DNA of 64,000 nucleotides from Bacteroidia bacterium. GTDB lineage: Bacteria > Bacteroidota > Bacteroidia > M30B66. The stretch spans positions 128,001 to 192,000 of the forward strand of contig OZ257142.1 of the NCBI GenBank assembly GCA_965279035.1, read 5' to 3'. The position numbers and the translations under genes were made by a program. Below, piece by piece: positions 1 to 10,810 of the stretch. The notes beneath the pieces are model-generated. The model saw nothing but the letters and a program-made list of their open reading frames with translations. It had not been told where the DNA came from and made no database searches. Each line of letters opens with the position of its first letter. The first letter of the stretch is position 1.

Positions 1-1
1 A

Positions 2-100
2 AATCATGGTACTTATCACCGTGGACAAATTTCTCGTGCATTAAAGGCTGCTGGAATTCAGCCTGTATCAACCGATTTCATTGTTTATTCTCGTAAATGA
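2..100 (+). CDS. 3' end of a DinB-family protein (truncated by window start)
   Basis: Manual translation NHGTYHRGQISRALKAAGIQPVSTDFIVYSRK*; NHxxYHRGQ is the DinB/YfiT C-terminal metal-binding motif. Confidence 0.75.
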   Translation, partial: NHGTYHRGQISRALKAAGIQPVSTDFIVYSRK

Positions 101-245
101 ATTTCACTCAGGTGTAAAATAGACAATGAGCCTTGTATTTCCTTTGAATTCAGGCATTCATATCTACGTTTTTTCTACCTTCGCCCTCCTTATTCTTGGA
201 TGTTCTGTCGGAAAATAGACGCTCATCAGAATGAATTGAAACATC

Positions 246-2663
246 ATGTGGGCGGCACTTTCACGCATTATTCTTCGATACCGTTTACCTATTCTCATAG
301 TGATAGGCATTGTCACCGTGTTCATGGGTTGGATGGCAACAAAAGCGGAGATGACCTATGCGCTTGCTCAGATTCTTCCACAAGATGATCCAGAATACCA
401 AGCATATACTTCGTTCAAAGAGCGTTTTGGTGAAGACGCCAATATTTTAGTAATCGGAATTGAGTCGGAGAATCTTTTTCAAAAAGACATTTTCAATGCT
501 TGGAAAGAGGCTGGGGATTCTATTAAATCACTCCCTGAAGTAAGAGGAATTCTCTCCCTTTCGGGAATTTACAATCTTCAACGTGATGATTCCCTTCAGA
601 AATTCATAATCGATCCCGTTGTTAAACGATCACCACAAACTCAAAACGAACTTGATAGTTTGAAGAAAATCATACTATCGTTACCCTTTTACCAAGATCT
701 TCTTTTAACTAAAACTGACGAAGGAAAATTTGCTACAGTGATGCTGGTTACTATGGACCAGAAAAGCATTGATACCAAAGGCAGGAAAGAACTAATTGAG
801 CACCTTACTTCCTACACGGATCATTTTTCCAAAAATCAAAAACTAGAAGTTCATTATTCTGGTCTACCCTATATCCGTACAATGAATTCCGAAAAGCTCA
901 AAAAAGAGCTTGGAATGTTTTTATGGATGTCGCTTCTAGTAACAGCCTTGGTTTTACTCTTATTCTTTCGATCACTAAAAGCCATTATTTTCCCTTTGCT
1001 TGTTGTTGCCATCAGCGTAGTTTGGTGTGTAGGAACAATGGTTTTGCTGGGATATAAGATCACCATACTCACGGCCTTAATTCCTCCTTTGATTGTCATT
1101 ATTGGAATACCGAATTGTATTTTCCTCACCAATAATTTCCACCGAGAATACAAAGGGCACGGGAATAAAATTCGAGCTATTTCAAGGGTAGTTCAACGCA
1201 TTGGAAATGCCACTTTCCTAACCAATTTCAACACGGCATTGGGCTTTATCACATTTGCTTTTGTACAAAGTCAAATGCTGAGAGAATTCGGGATTTTGTC
1301 TTCTATTAATGTTATGCAAGTGTTTATCCTAAGCGTAACCATTTTACCTATTGCGTATACCTACATTCCTTCACCAAAACCTAAACAAACTAAGCATCTC
1401 GATAATCGTTGGATGGATGGAATTATTGAATGGTTAGTGAAGATGGTGACCAATAAACGCAAATGGATTTATGCGATAACGGTGGTTCTCGTTTCGGTTT
1501 CGGTTTGGGGTATGACAAAGATTCATACAACAGGTAATTTTACCGACGATATTCCAAAGAAAGACAAGCTCATAACCGATTTGAAGTTTTTCGAAAAGAA
1601 CTTTCATGGGGTGATGCCTTTTGAAATTACAATCGACACCAAAAAGAAAAATGGGGTGATGAAGCTTTCAACTTTCAGGAAAATTGATGAGCTTCAGCAT
1701 GAGCTGCGAAAATTTCCAGAATTCTCTAAGCCACTCTCCATTGCTGAAGTAATCAAGTTTGCAAAACAGGGTTTTTACGGTGGTGATTCTAGTTTTTACT
1801 CACTTCCAACCAACGAAGAAATTACATTTCTGCTGCCTTATGCACAGAATATGGATTTGAAAAAAGGCGGAGTTACTCGTTCATTCATCGATAGCACACG
1901 GCAATTCACACGCGTTTCGGTCCAAATGGCTGACATTGGTACGAAAGAAATGGAACGCATTCGGAGTGAAGTGAGACCAAAAATTGACTCGATTTTCAAT
2001 CCTGAAAAGTTTGATGTGAAGCTAACAGGAACGAGTATCGTCTTTTTGAAAGGCACCGATTACTTGGTAAACAACCTCTTAATGAGTTTGCTGGCGGCAA
2101 TCATTCTCATTTCTGGCTTGATGTACTTTATGTTCTATTCATTTAAGATGCTGATGATTTCGGCCATCCCGAATGTTATTCCCTTGCTTTTCACTGCGGG
2201 ACTCATGGGCTTCTATGGCATCGCTCTTAAATCTTCAACCATATTAGTTTTCAATATTGCATATGGAATTACGGTTGACTCGGCTATACACTTCTTCTCG
2301 CGCTACGGACAAGATTTAAAAACTCATAACAACGATATTCGACTCGCAGTTATTTCAACTATAAAAGACACCAGCATTAGTATTATCTATACTTCCGTCA
2401 TATTATTGTTGGGATTTTGCATCTTTATTTTCTCTTCGTTTGGTGGAACAATAGCGCTCGGATTCCTCATCTCAGTAACCATTTTTGTGGGTTTGTTTAC
2501 CAATCTACTCCTTCTTCCTACCTTGCTGCTTTCTATCGACCGGGCATTCATCATCAAAGCTTATAAAGAGCCTTTGATTGCTGTCTTTGACGAAGAAGAA
2601 GACATTGATTTAGAAAGCCTTACGATTCGAAAAGATCACAATCACCATCAAACAGAAAATTGA
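246..2663 (+). CDS. MMPL/RND-superfamily membrane transporter
   Basis: 805 aa, two repeats of large periplasmic loop plus TM bundle; [14 protein letters not shown] and [10 protein letters not shown] motifs. Confidence 0.85.
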   Translation: MWAALSRIILRYRLPILIVIGIVTVFMGWMATKAEMTYALAQILPQDDPEYQAYTSFKERFGEDANILVIGIESENLFQKDIFNAWKEAGDSIKSLPEVRGILSLSGIYNLQRDDSLQKFIIDPVVKRSPQTQNELDSLKKIILSLPFYQDLLLTKTDEGKFATVMLVTMDQKSIDTKGRKELIEHLTSYTDHFSKNQKLEVHYSGLPYIRTMNSEKLKKELGMFLWMSLLVTALVLLLFFRSLKAIIFPLLVVAISVVWCVGTMVLLGYKITILTALIPPLIVIIGIPNCIFLTNNFHREYKGHGNKIRAISRVVQRIGNATFLTNFNTALGFITFAFVQSQMLREFGILSSINVMQVFILSVTILPIAYTYIPSPKPKQTKHLDNRWMDGIIEWLVKMVTNKRKWIYAITVVLVSVSVWGMTKIHTTGNFTDDIPKKDKLITDLKFFEKNFHGVMPFEITIDTKKKNGVMKLSTFRKIDELQHELRKFPEFSKPLSIAEVIKFAKQGFYGGDSSFYSLPTNEEITFLLPYAQNMDLKKGGVTRSFIDSTRQFTRVSVQMADIGTKEMERIRSEVRPKIDSIFNPEKFDVKLTGTSIVFLKGTDYLVNNLLMSLLAAIILISGLMYFMFYSFKMLMISAIPNVIPLLFTAGLMGFYGIALKSSTILVFNIAYGITVDSAIHFFSRYGQDLKTHNNDIRLAVISTIKDTSISIIYTSVILLLGFCIFIFSSFGGTIALGFLISVTIFVGLFTNLLLLPTLLLSIDRAFIIKAYKEPLIAVFDEEEDIDLESLTIRKDHNHHQTEN

Positions 2664-3529
2664 TGAAAGGAATAATTCTCGCCGGTGGATCCGGAACTCG
2701 TTTACATCCCTTGACATTAGCTGTAAGCAAACAACTTATGCCGGTTTACGATAAACCGATGATTTACTATCCTTTATCTACTTTGATGTTGGCTGGAATA
2801 CGTGAAGTTTTGATTATTTCTACACCTCACGATTTACCTCATTTTCGCAAATTGCTGGGCGATGGAAAAAGCTTAGGAATGGATATTTGTTATGCTGAAC
2901 AAGCAATTCCCAATGGGCTTGCTCAAGCTTTTGTGATTGGTGAAGAATTTATTGGTCAAGATAAATGTGCCTTGATTTTAGGTGATAATATTTTTTACGG
3001 AGCAGGCATGACTAGCTTGTTGCAAAAAAACAATGATCCCGAAGGAGGAGTTGTTTTTGCGTATCACGTTTCTGATCCTGAACGCTATGGTGTTGTGGAA
3101 TTTGATGAGCAAATGAATGCTGTTTCGATTGAAGAAAAACCCAGTCAGCCAAAATCCGATTATGCTGTTCCGGGCTTGTATTTCTACGATAACTCGGTTG
3201 TTGAAATTGCCAAGAATTTGAAACCGAGTGCTCGAGGTGAATACGAAATTACAGATGTGAACAAGCAGTATTTAAAAGACGGCAAGCTTAAAGTAGGCAT
3301 GTTGGATAGAGGAACTGCTTGGCTTGATACAGGAACATTTGATTCGCTCATGCAAGCGGGACAGTTTGTACAGGTAATTCAGGAAAGACAAGGGTTGAAT
3401 ATTGGATGTATTGAAGAAGTTGCCTGGCGGATGAAATTCATTTCGAAAGAACAACTTCAAGAACTAGCCGAACCGCTTCGTAAAAGTGGCTACGGGAACT
3501 ATTTACTTAATTTGATAAAAGGAAAATGA
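2660..3529 (+). CDS. rfbA: Glucose-1-phosphate thymidylyltransferase
   Basis: [50 protein letters not shown]; start may be the second ATG at 2663. Confidence 0.97.
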   Translation: MMKGIILAGGSGTRLHPLTLAVSKQLMPVYDKPMIYYPLSTLMLAGIREVLIISTPHDLPHFRKLLGDGKSLGMDICYAEQAIPNGLAQAFVIGEEFIGQDKCALILGDNIFYGAGMTSLLQKNNDPEGGVVFAYHVSDPERYGVVEFDEQMNAVSIEEKPSQPKSDYAVPGLYFYDNSVVEIAKNLKPSARGEYEITDVNKQYLKDGKLKVGMLDRGTAWLDTGTFDSLMQAGQFVQVIQERQGLNIGCIEEVAWRMKFISKEQLQELAEPLRKSGYGNYLLNLIKGK

Positions 3530-4464
3530 CACGAATTCTAATAACCGGAGGAGCTGGATTTATTGGTAGCTGCCTCGCCGAAAAACTGGCTTCAAATCCT
3601 GAGAATTTAGTGGTGGTGGTTGATAATCTTCGCACAGGCGAATTATCCAAAGTTCCCGTTTCTGTTCACAATAACATCCGTTTTATAAAATGCGATGCCA
3701 ATGATTACCGAGATATCTCGGCTGTGTTTTTTGCTTGGCGATTTGATTTCGTATTTCATTATGCAGCATTAGTGGGCGTTATAAGGACCTTGCAAAATCC
3801 TGTTGCCGTTTTAGATGATATTTCTGGAATTGAAAATATCCTGAAATTATCCAAGAATACCGGAGTAAAACGTGTTTACTTCTCCTCTTCTTCCGAAGTA
3901 TATGGAGAACCCGTTGAATTCCCTCAAAACGAACATACAACTCCTTTGAACTCACGTTTGCCATATGCCATTGTAAAAAATGTGGGTGAAGCTTATTTGC
4001 GTTCTTATGAAAAAGAGTTTGGTTTAGAATACACTATTTTCAGATTCTTTAATACGTTCGGTCCCAAGCAGAGTAAGGACTTTGTGATTTCAAAATTCAT
4101 TCGTGCTGCTTTAAAAAATGATCCAATTGCTATTTATGGCGATGGTTCTCAAACACGTACTTTCTGTTATATCGATGATAATATTGAAGCATGCACCAAT
4201 GCATTCTATCAAAACATGTATGTGAATGATGTGGTAAATGTTGGTGGGACAATTGAAATTCCAATTCTTGATGTTGCAAAAACGATTATTCGTTTGACAG
4301 GTTCTTCCTCTGAGATTCGTTTTGTTGCTCCTTTAGAAGAGGGCGACATGACACGCAGAAAGCCTGATACAGCCAAGATGAGCAAGTTAATTAATCGTCC
4401 ACTTGTAGGTTTTGAAGAAGGATTAATTCAAGTGGTAAACAATACTTCGTTTATTCTTCAATGA
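3526..4464 (+). CDS. NAD-dependent epimerase/dehydratase (extended SDR)
   Basis: [18 protein letters not shown], YxxxK (YAIVK), GDGSQTRTF. Confidence 0.9.
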   Translation: MTRILITGGAGFIGSCLAEKLASNPENLVVVVDNLRTGELSKVPVSVHNNIRFIKCDANDYRDISAVFFAWRFDFVFHYAALVGVIRTLQNPVAVLDDISGIENILKLSKNTGVKRVYFSSSSEVYGEPVEFPQNEHTTPLNSRLPYAIVKNVGEAYLRSYEKEFGLEYTIFRFFNTFGPKQSKDFVISKFIRAALKNDPIAIYGDGSQTRTFCYIDDNIEACTNAFYQNMYVNDVVNVGGTIEIPILDVAKTIIRLTGSSSEIRFVAPLEEGDMTRRKPDTAKMSKLINRPLVGFEEGLIQVVNNTSFILQ

Positions 4465-5435
4465 CAGGCATTGAGCGTTATCAAGCTCGAATTGCAGCAG
4501 CTTTAGATTGCATCGAATTCCCAGCTCAACCAGTTGAGTTGTATGAGCCAATTCGCTATACATTGGCAATGGGAGGTAAACGGCTTCGACCTGTTTTAAC
4601 GCTCATAGGGTGTGAGCTTTTAGGAGGTTCGATTGATGATGCATTGAATCCAGCTTTGGGAGTAGAAGTGTTTCACAATTTCACTTTGCTTCATGATGAT
4701 ATCATGGATGAAGCACCCTTACGCCGAGGGAAAGCAAGCGTTCATACCAAATGGAACAACAATATCGCGATACTTTCGGGAGATGTGATGTTTGTTGAAT
4801 CGTGCAAACTCATTTCGAAAGCTCCTGTTAATAGCTTATCCAAAGTACTTGATGTTTTTTTCAAAACAGCAGGTGATGTGTGCGAGGGACAGCAATGGGA
4901 CATGAATTTTGAAGCAGAGGAAAATGTTAGCCTAAGCGATTATCTTAACATGATCCGTTTAAAGACGGCCGTTTTATTAGGTGCATCACTTCAAATAGGA
5001 GCGTATTGTGCCAATTCAAGTGAGAACGATGCTTCTCTTCTGTATGAGTTTGGTTGTCATTTGGGAATTGCATTTCAATTACAAGACGATGTGTTGGATG
5101 TATTTGGTGATCCCGAAATTTTCGGAAAGCAAGCTGGTGGCGACATCCTTTCAAATAAAAAAACCTACTTAAAACTTCGTGCGCTTGAAAAATCATCTTC
5201 TCAGCAATTGGATGAATTAAAGCATTGGTATAGCGCGCGCGATTTCAATTCTACGGAAAAAGTTATTGCTGTAACTCGCCTATTTAGAGAACTTCAAGTT
5301 AGAGAAGATGCTGAGGTAGAAATGAACAAGCATTTCGAAACTGCTCTTCAATCTTTAAAGGCTGTAAAAGGAATTCCTGAAATTGCTTCCCAACTCGAGC
5401 GTTTTGCTCAGGAATTGATTGTTCGGATCAAATAA
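4461..5435 (+). CDS. Polyprenyl (geranylgeranyl/farnesyl) diphosphate synthase
   Basis: GGKRLRP, LLHDDIMDEAPLRRG (FARM), FQLQDDVLD (SARM). Confidence 0.93.
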   Translation: MTGIERYQARIAAALDCIEFPAQPVELYEPIRYTLAMGGKRLRPVLTLIGCELLGGSIDDALNPALGVEVFHNFTLLHDDIMDEAPLRRGKASVHTKWNNNIAILSGDVMFVESCKLISKAPVNSLSKVLDVFFKTAGDVCEGQQWDMNFEAEENVSLSDYLNMIRLKTAVLLGASLQIGAYCANSSENDASLLYEFGCHLGIAFQLQDDVLDVFGDPEIFGKQAGGDILSNKKTYLKLRALEKSSSQQLDELKHWYSARDFNSTEKVIAVTRLFRELQVREDAEVEMNKHFETALQSLKAVKGIPEIASQLERFAQELIVRIK

Positions 5436-5436
5436 A

Positions 5437-6465
5437 TTAAGCCCAGACTTTCGTTCCTTCGCTGCAATTGCGGCAAATTTCAATGCTCGAACGATCTTTC
5501 AAAATCGCTAATCGGAAGTTTTGATACTCTTCACTTTTCCAAATGGCTTTGACAGAATTCTCCTTCAAACTTCCTAAACGGTGATGGGCATCTTTGTCGA
5601 AACAACATGGAACAATAGATCCATCCCAAGTAACAACGCAACCTTGCCACATACGCCAGCAATGGTTTTCGAGTTTATTTTTTAAAGTCCATTTGCCGTC
5701 CATTCCCTTTTTATACCGTGAATACTTTTCGTCCTCCGGAATTAAGGGATTGCCGTTTTCAAATTCATACACTTGAGCTGTTTTAAAACGAACTTCATCC
5801 ACACCTAATTCTATAGCTAGTTTAAGGGCATCATTTGTTTGATGTTCATTGGGCTTGACTACTAGAAACTGGAAAATAATGTGAGGTGTTTTGCTTCTTG
5901 CGGCCTTCTTTGCTGCAATTACCCGTTTTGTTCCATCAATTACCTTTTCTATAGATCCTCCAATTCGATATTGAGAGTATGTTTCTTGAGTTGTTCCATC
6001 CAAAGAAATAATCAAACGGTGTAATCCTGAAGCAACAGTTTTTTGGGCGAGTTCGTCATTAAAATAGTGTGCATTGGTCGAAGTGGCTGTGTAAATTCCT
6101 TTTTGAACTGCAACTTCTATCATAGATATAAGTTCTTTATTTAAAAAAGGTTCTCCTTGAAAATAAAAGTTGATTGACCAAAGCGTCTTTCCAAATTTAT
6201 GTAAGAATTTCTCAAAATCTGAATTTTGAAGCATTCCAGTGGGACGAGAGAAGGCTCTTAAACCACTTGGACATTCAGGGCAACGTAAATTACAAGAGGT
6301 AGTTGGTTCAATTGAAATGCTCATTGGCATTCCCCACTGAATCAATTTTCCACTTCGGCTGGAAATGAAGTATGATAAGCGAAGCAGGATAAGATTCCAC
6401 CATTTTGTTAAGCGAAAAGTTCTTATCCAAGAGTAAATATCTGAGTTGATTTTTATACTGGACAT
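5437..6465 (-). CDS. Radical SAM protein with SPASM/Twitch-type C-terminal domain
   Basis: CNLRCPEC (CX3CX2C), QGEP, C-terminal C..CC..CxxC. Start moved from track 6582 to ATG 6465, which follows a TATATTTG box. Confidence 0.88.
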   Translation of the reverse strand: MSSIKINSDIYSWIRTFRLTKWWNLILLRLSYFISSRSGKLIQWGMPMSISIEPTTSCNLRCPECPSGLRAFSRPTGMLQNSDFEKFLHKFGKTLWSINFYFQGEPFLNKELISMIEVAVQKGIYTATSTNAHYFNDELAQKTVASGLHRLIISLDGTTQETYSQYRIGGSIEKVIDGTKRVIAAKKAARSKTPHIIFQFLVVKPNEHQTNDALKLAIELGVDEVRFKTAQVYEFENGNPLIPEDEKYSRYKKGMDGKWTLKNKLENHCWRMWQGCVVTWDGSIVPCCFDKDAHHRLGSLKENSVKAIWKSEEYQNFRLAILKDRSSIEICRNCSEGTKVWA

Positions 6466-6541
6466 TGCATCAAATATAGGTCGCAATCCAATAAAGTCGC
6501 CCATTTCCTTACCACTCATAAATAGTGATTTACTATAAAAG

Positions 6542-6549
6542 TAAATTTG
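6542..6549 (+). promoter_or_regulatory. Bacteroidota -7 promoter box (TAAATTTG)
   Basis: Matches TAnnTTTG, 40 nt upstream of ATG 6589. Confidence 0.55.
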
Positions 6550-6588
6550 TAGTGATAAATATTTCAACCAAATCAAAACCAAACCACA

Positions 6589-7434
6589 ATGAAAAAGTTA
6601 ATTTTCACAATCAGCATTCTTGGAGCTATGACGCTAGCTCTTATGCTCGACAGCACCTCAACGTATTCGAATCCAAGTGGCGCTCCTGAACGTTGTTCGG
6701 GTTCTCCTGGAGATGGAGAAACGTGTGCTAATTCAAATTGCCACAATGGAACCGCATCGGCTCGTGATGGTATGATTACATCAGACATTCCAACTTCGGG
6801 GTATATTCCAGGAACTCTATACACCATTACAGTGAGTATTACGCAATCAGGTGTAACTCGCTGGGGATTTGCGCTTTCTCCTCAAACTCAAGCAGGAAAT
6901 GTTATTGGAACTTTAGCCGTTTCGAACACCACTCAAACCCAATTAAAGAGCTCTGGAAACTACATCACTCACAAAACTGCCGGAAACAGTGGTTCTGGAA
7001 CCAAATCTTGGAGTATGCATTGGACGGCTCCAACAGCAGGAACTGGAGATGTACCGTTTTATGCATCGGTAATGGCAGCCAATGGAAATGGTAATGAAAA
7101 CGGAGATGCTACTTTCTTTGATGTGTATACCGTTTCAGAAGACATTACGACTTCCGTTAATTCAGCGAAAGCCGAAAAAGTAAAATTCAGTGTTTATCCC
7201 AATCCTATTGAAGGAAATGAAGCAAATGTGATTTTCTCTACCAACATGAAAGAGATATCTAAAATTCAGATTTTAAGTTTGAATGGTGAATTGGTAAAAG
7301 AAATCAATTATGTTGCATCATCTTCAGGAAAACAACAACTTACCATTCCTTTTGATGAACTCTCCAAAGGAGTTTATTTGCTTCAAGTTCAAACAGCCGA
7401 AGGTGTAAATTCGAGCAGAATAATACGGCGATAA
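6589..7434 (+). CDS. Reeler-like / choice-of-anchor V protein with T9SS type A C-terminal domain (paralog 1)
   Basis: Signal peptide, SPGDGETCANSNCH, GYIPGTLYTITV, WTAP, C-terminal VYPNP...GVYLLQV...RIIRR. Confidence 0.8.
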   Translation: MKKLIFTISILGAMTLALMLDSTSTYSNPSGAPERCSGSPGDGETCANSNCHNGTASARDGMITSDIPTSGYIPGTLYTITVSITQSGVTRWGFALSPQTQAGNVIGTLAVSNTTQTQLKSSGNYITHKTAGNSGSGTKSWSMHWTAPTAGTGDVPFYASVMAANGNGNENGDATFFDVYTVSEDITTSVNSAKAEKVKFSVYPNPIEGNEANVIFSTNMKEISKIQILSLNGELVKEINYVASSSGKQQLTIPFDELSKGVYLLQVQTAEGVNSSRIIRR

Positions 7435-7449
7435 TATTTAATGACTTAC

Positions 7450-7490
7450 AAACGCCCTTGTTGATGTGAAATTAACAAGGGCGTTTTTTT
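7450..7490 (+). terminator. Rho-independent terminator
   Basis: AACGCCCTTGTTGAT-GTGAA-ATTAACAAGGGCGTT followed by T-run. Confidence 0.85.
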
Positions 7491-7620
7491 ATGTAAAATC
7501 GATAATTCGAAAGTTATCAATAGGTCTAAGGCTTAAACTTAATTTATAACAGCAATATATGTTGGAGGTTAGATTAAATTAAATTCGCCATCCTTTCAAT
7601 CTACCAATTCAACCAAAAAA

Positions 7621-8466
7621 ATGAAAAAAATCTACATTTCACTTTTCATCATAACTAGTGTAGCTATTGCATTAGTGTTTGACTCAACTTCCACGTATTC
7701 AAACCCAAGTGGTGCTCCTGCTGGCTGCAGTAGTTCTCCTTCTGATCAAGCAACTTGTGCAACCTCTGGATGTCATAGTGGAACTGCATCAGCTAAGGAT
7801 GGTATGGTCACTTCTGATGTTCCATCAACAGGTTATATACCAGGAAGTGTATATACAATCACTGTATCAATTACAAAATCGGGCACTTCAAAATGGGGAT
7901 TTGAATGTTCGCCTCAAGATGCTTCTGGAACTAGAATTGGCACATTAGCAATAACAAATTCTACAGAAACCAAACTGGTTGGTTCAAGTACTTATGTTAC
8001 TCATAAAACAGCAGGTAATTCTGGCTCAGGATCAAAATCTTGGAGCTTTCATTGGACTGCACCTTCTTCAGGAACTGGAGATGTTCCTTTTTATGCTTCA
8101 GTTATGGCAGCAAATAACAATGGGGGAACTTCTGGCGACTTGGTTTATTACGATACTTACTATGTTGCAGAAGATGTTTCAACAGCAGGAATTCATGAGA
8201 ATTCGAATGAAAATTTCTTTTCCATTTATCCGAATCCAATAGAAGGAAACGAAGCCAATGTTGAATTTTCGGCAGCTTTTGAAGAGTATTCTAAAATCCA
8301 GATACTCAGTTTAAGAGGAATTATAGTTAAAGAAATAAATCACCTTGCTAAATCGAACGGCAAGCAACAATTAACTATTCCTTTTGATGATATTTCGACA
8401 GGTGTATACTTCCTTCAGATTCAAACATCTACTGGAGTAAAATCAAGCAGAATAATTCGTCGCTAA
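7621..8466 (+). CDS. Reeler-like / choice-of-anchor V protein with T9SS type A C-terminal domain (paralog 2)
   Basis: Same length (281 aa) and long identical blocks with 6589..7434 (DSTSTYSNPSGAP, THKTAGNSGSG, GTGDVPFYASVMAAN, YPNPIEGNEANV). Confidence 0.8.
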   Translation: MKKIYISLFIITSVAIALVFDSTSTYSNPSGAPAGCSSSPSDQATCATSGCHSGTASAKDGMVTSDVPSTGYIPGSVYTITVSITKSGTSKWGFECSPQDASGTRIGTLAITNSTETKLVGSSTYVTHKTAGNSGSGSKSWSFHWTAPSSGTGDVPFYASVMAANNNGGTSGDLVYYDTYYVAEDVSTAGIHENSNENFFSIYPNPIEGNEANVEFSAAFEEYSKIQILSLRGIIVKEINHLAKSNGKQQLTIPFDDISTGVYFLQIQTSTGVKSSRIIRR

Positions 8467-8553
8467 ATAAATATTCTTAATTGCAGGCCGGACCTCCTTT
8501 GTCAATCTTGGCAAGGTCGTCCGGCTTGTGTACTTTAGCACTGCCGAATTTCC

Positions 8554-9396
8554 ATGAATAAGCCACCGGATTCATTAATAACAACAATTAACGATAGTAT
8601 TATCGTTGATTCGAATTCTGTTGCACCACTTGCAAATAAGGATACTACTCTTGCTACTCCTCAACCTATTCAAGCGAAAGAAGAAGCTTTACCCAATTTC
8701 TTTTTCACAGAATACAGCAAGGATTTAACAGCTCATCCACGATATATTGATGCCGAAAGTTGGATTATTCCTCTTCTGCTAGGCGCTGTTTTTCTCTTAG
8801 GAATAATTAATACGTTCTATTATAAAGAGGTTAGAATCCTGTTGATGGGGATTTTCAAAAGAGCAAGTTTGATGAAATTATTGGAAGAAGAAAATACCAT
8901 GATACGCCGAAGTATCTTGATGATGATTTTACTTTTTCTTATTGTTTCACCAGTCTTTGTATTTCAAATTTCAGGGATTTTAAATTTAACAACTGCCTAT
9001 CTTCCCTTTATTCCTGCGTATTTTCAGTTGATGTTACTAGGTGCCGGAGCTTTAGGATTGAAGCTTCTAACAATCAATATCATTGGAAATCTCTTTTATT
9101 CTAAAGAAGAATCTGGAAGCTATATTTTAGGCATCATCGTAATGAATTGCATTTTGGGTGTAGTGCTAATCCCTGTCACATTAGGAATAAAACTAGCTCC
9201 GGCACCCTTTAATACCTGGGCGCTCTATACTGGAATCGCGCTGTTTCTATTGCTTTACCTGTATAGTTTGATAATTGGCTGGGTAGCTGGTTTGAGGAAT
9301 GGCACTCTTTCGAAATTCCATTTGTTTTTATACTTTTGCACCCTTGAAATCCTACCTGTCTTTTTGATCATCAAGGCTGTAAGGAATTTGATTTAA
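8554..9396 (+). CDS. DUF4271-family membrane protein
   Basis: Multi-TM, C-terminal HLFLYFCTLEILP motif, directly upstream of hemD as is usual in Bacteroidota. Confidence 0.8.
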   Translation: MNKPPDSLITTINDSIIVDSNSVAPLANKDTTLATPQPIQAKEEALPNFFFTEYSKDLTAHPRYIDAESWIIPLLLGAVFLLGIINTFYYKEVRILLMGIFKRASLMKLLEEENTMIRRSILMMILLFLIVSPVFVFQISGILNLTTAYLPFIPAYFQLMLLGAGALGLKLLTINIIGNLFYSKEESGSYILGIIVMNCILGVVLIPVTLGIKLAPAPFNTWALYTGIALFLLLYLYSLIIGWVAGLRNGTLSKFHLFLYFCTLEILPVFLIIKAVRNLI

Positions 9397-9405
9397 GTTA
9401 ATCGC

Positions 9406-10209
9406 ATGAGCTCTACTATCCAGGCTACAGCAGAAGAACAAGCAGAGAACTCGCGCGAACAGCGGGTGAAAACTATTTTGGTGACTCAACCAAAGCCGGA
9501 GACAGATAAGTCGCCCTACTTTGATTTAGCCAAAAAATGCAATGTAAAAATTGACTTCCGCTCGTTCATTCACGTGGAGGGTATTTCTGCAAAGGAATTC
9601 CGCAAGGAGAGAATTAACATTCTCGATCACAGTGCAATTATTCTAACAAGCCGGAATGCGGTTGATAATTTCTTCCGCCTTTGTACCGAAATGCGTATTA
9701 CGGTTCCTGAATCGATGAAGTATTTCTGTATCAGCGAATCCACGGCATTTTATCTTCAGAAATACGTTCAATACAGGAAACGTAAGATTTTTTATGGCAA
9801 CCAAAAGTTTACAGAACTGATGGATGTCATCAAAAAGAACAAAACAGAAAAATTTCTTCTTCTGTGTTCCGATATTCACAAAGACGAGATTCCTGAGATT
9901 TTGGAAGAAGCAAAAATCAATTTCACCAAAGCGGTTATTTATAGAACCGTTTGCAGCGATTTGAGTGATTTATCGGATGTGCTTTACGATATGTTGGTTT
10001 TCTTTTCGCCATCAGGTATCAAATCTTTGTTTCAGAACTTCCCCGATTTTAAACAGAATGCTACCCGGATTGCTGCCTTTGGCCCAACTACCGCAGCAGC
10101 AGTGAAAGAATCTGGACTTATTCTCGACATCAACGCTCCAATGCCTCAGGCTCCCTCAATGACAATGGCCATTGAACAATACCTGAAAATAGCGAACAAA
10201 GGCCGATAA
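9406..10209 (+). CDS. hemD: Uroporphyrinogen-III synthase
   Basis: VKTILVTQPKP, IDFRSFIHVEG, LVFFSPSGIKSL, IAAFGPTT: Bacteroidota HemD type. Confidence 0.88.
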   Translation: MSSTIQATAEEQAENSREQRVKTILVTQPKPETDKSPYFDLAKKCNVKIDFRSFIHVEGISAKEFRKERINILDHSAIILTSRNAVDNFFRLCTEMRITVPESMKYFCISESTAFYLQKYVQYRKRKIFYGNQKFTELMDVIKKNKTEKFLLLCSDIHKDEIPEILEEAKINFTKAVIYRTVCSDLSDLSDVLYDMLVFFSPSGIKSLFQNFPDFKQNATRIAAFGPTTAAAVKESGLILDINAPMPQAPSMTMAIEQYLKIANKGR

Positions 10210-10216
10210 GTTCGTC

Positions 10217-10606
10217 ATGAACACCCTTCCGAAAGAAGAACGCCTTCACGGACGAACATGTATCGCGGAGGTTTTTTCCAAGGGCAAGCGATTTAGTGTT
10301 CCTTCTTTTCGCATCATTTGGAGAATAAGACCACTCGATTCTTTACCGACTATTCGTTTTGGGATTACTGTTCCTAAAAAGATTTCAAAAAAAGCTGTAG
10401 AAAGAAACCGCATAAAGCGATGTTGCCGAGAAGCATATCGAACCGTTAAACAAGACTTTACCGAAATTTTATTACAGAATCAGAAACAGATGGATGTATT
10501 TCTCGTTTATTCTGGCAGTATTGATACCTGTACCGAAGAAATCAAGGAGAAAATAATCCTAATTTTGAAACGTTTAACAGCCACGAATGGCCCAAATCCT
10601 CGCTAA
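10217..10606 (+). CDS. rnpA: Ribonuclease P protein component
   Basis: [25 protein letters not shown] (RNR motif). Confidence 0.93.
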   Translation: MNTLPKEERLHGRTCIAEVFSKGKRFSVPSFRIIWRIRPLDSLPTIRFGITVPKKISKKAVERNRIKRCCREAYRTVKQDFTEILLQNQKQMDVFLVYSGSIDTCTEEIKEKIILILKRLTATNGPNPR

Positions 10607-10808
10607 ACTGATTATTGCACTTATCAAGGTGTATCAGTTAGTGATCTCGCCCGTGTTGCCGAATGCCTGCCGTTACTCGCCTACATGTTCCGCATATGGA
10701 ATAGAAGCAGTAAAAAAATACGGTCCAATGAAAGGAACCGCTTTGGCAATTCGACGATTTTTGAGATGCAACCCTTGGGGAGGACACGGTCATGACCCGG
10801 TACCATAA
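10587..10808 (+). CDS. yidD: Membrane protein insertion efficiency factor
   Basis: YQLVISP...[10 protein letters not shown]...[14 protein letters not shown]. Confidence 0.95.
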   Translation: MAQILAKLIIALIKVYQLVISPVLPNACRYSPTCSAYGIEAVKKYGPMKGTALAIRRFLRCNPWGGHGHDPVP

Positions 10809-10810
10809 AC

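Noticed and set aside
6466-6582. N-terminal extension of the radical SAM ORF
   Set aside because: It spans the divergent promoter region; ATG 6465 follows a -7 box
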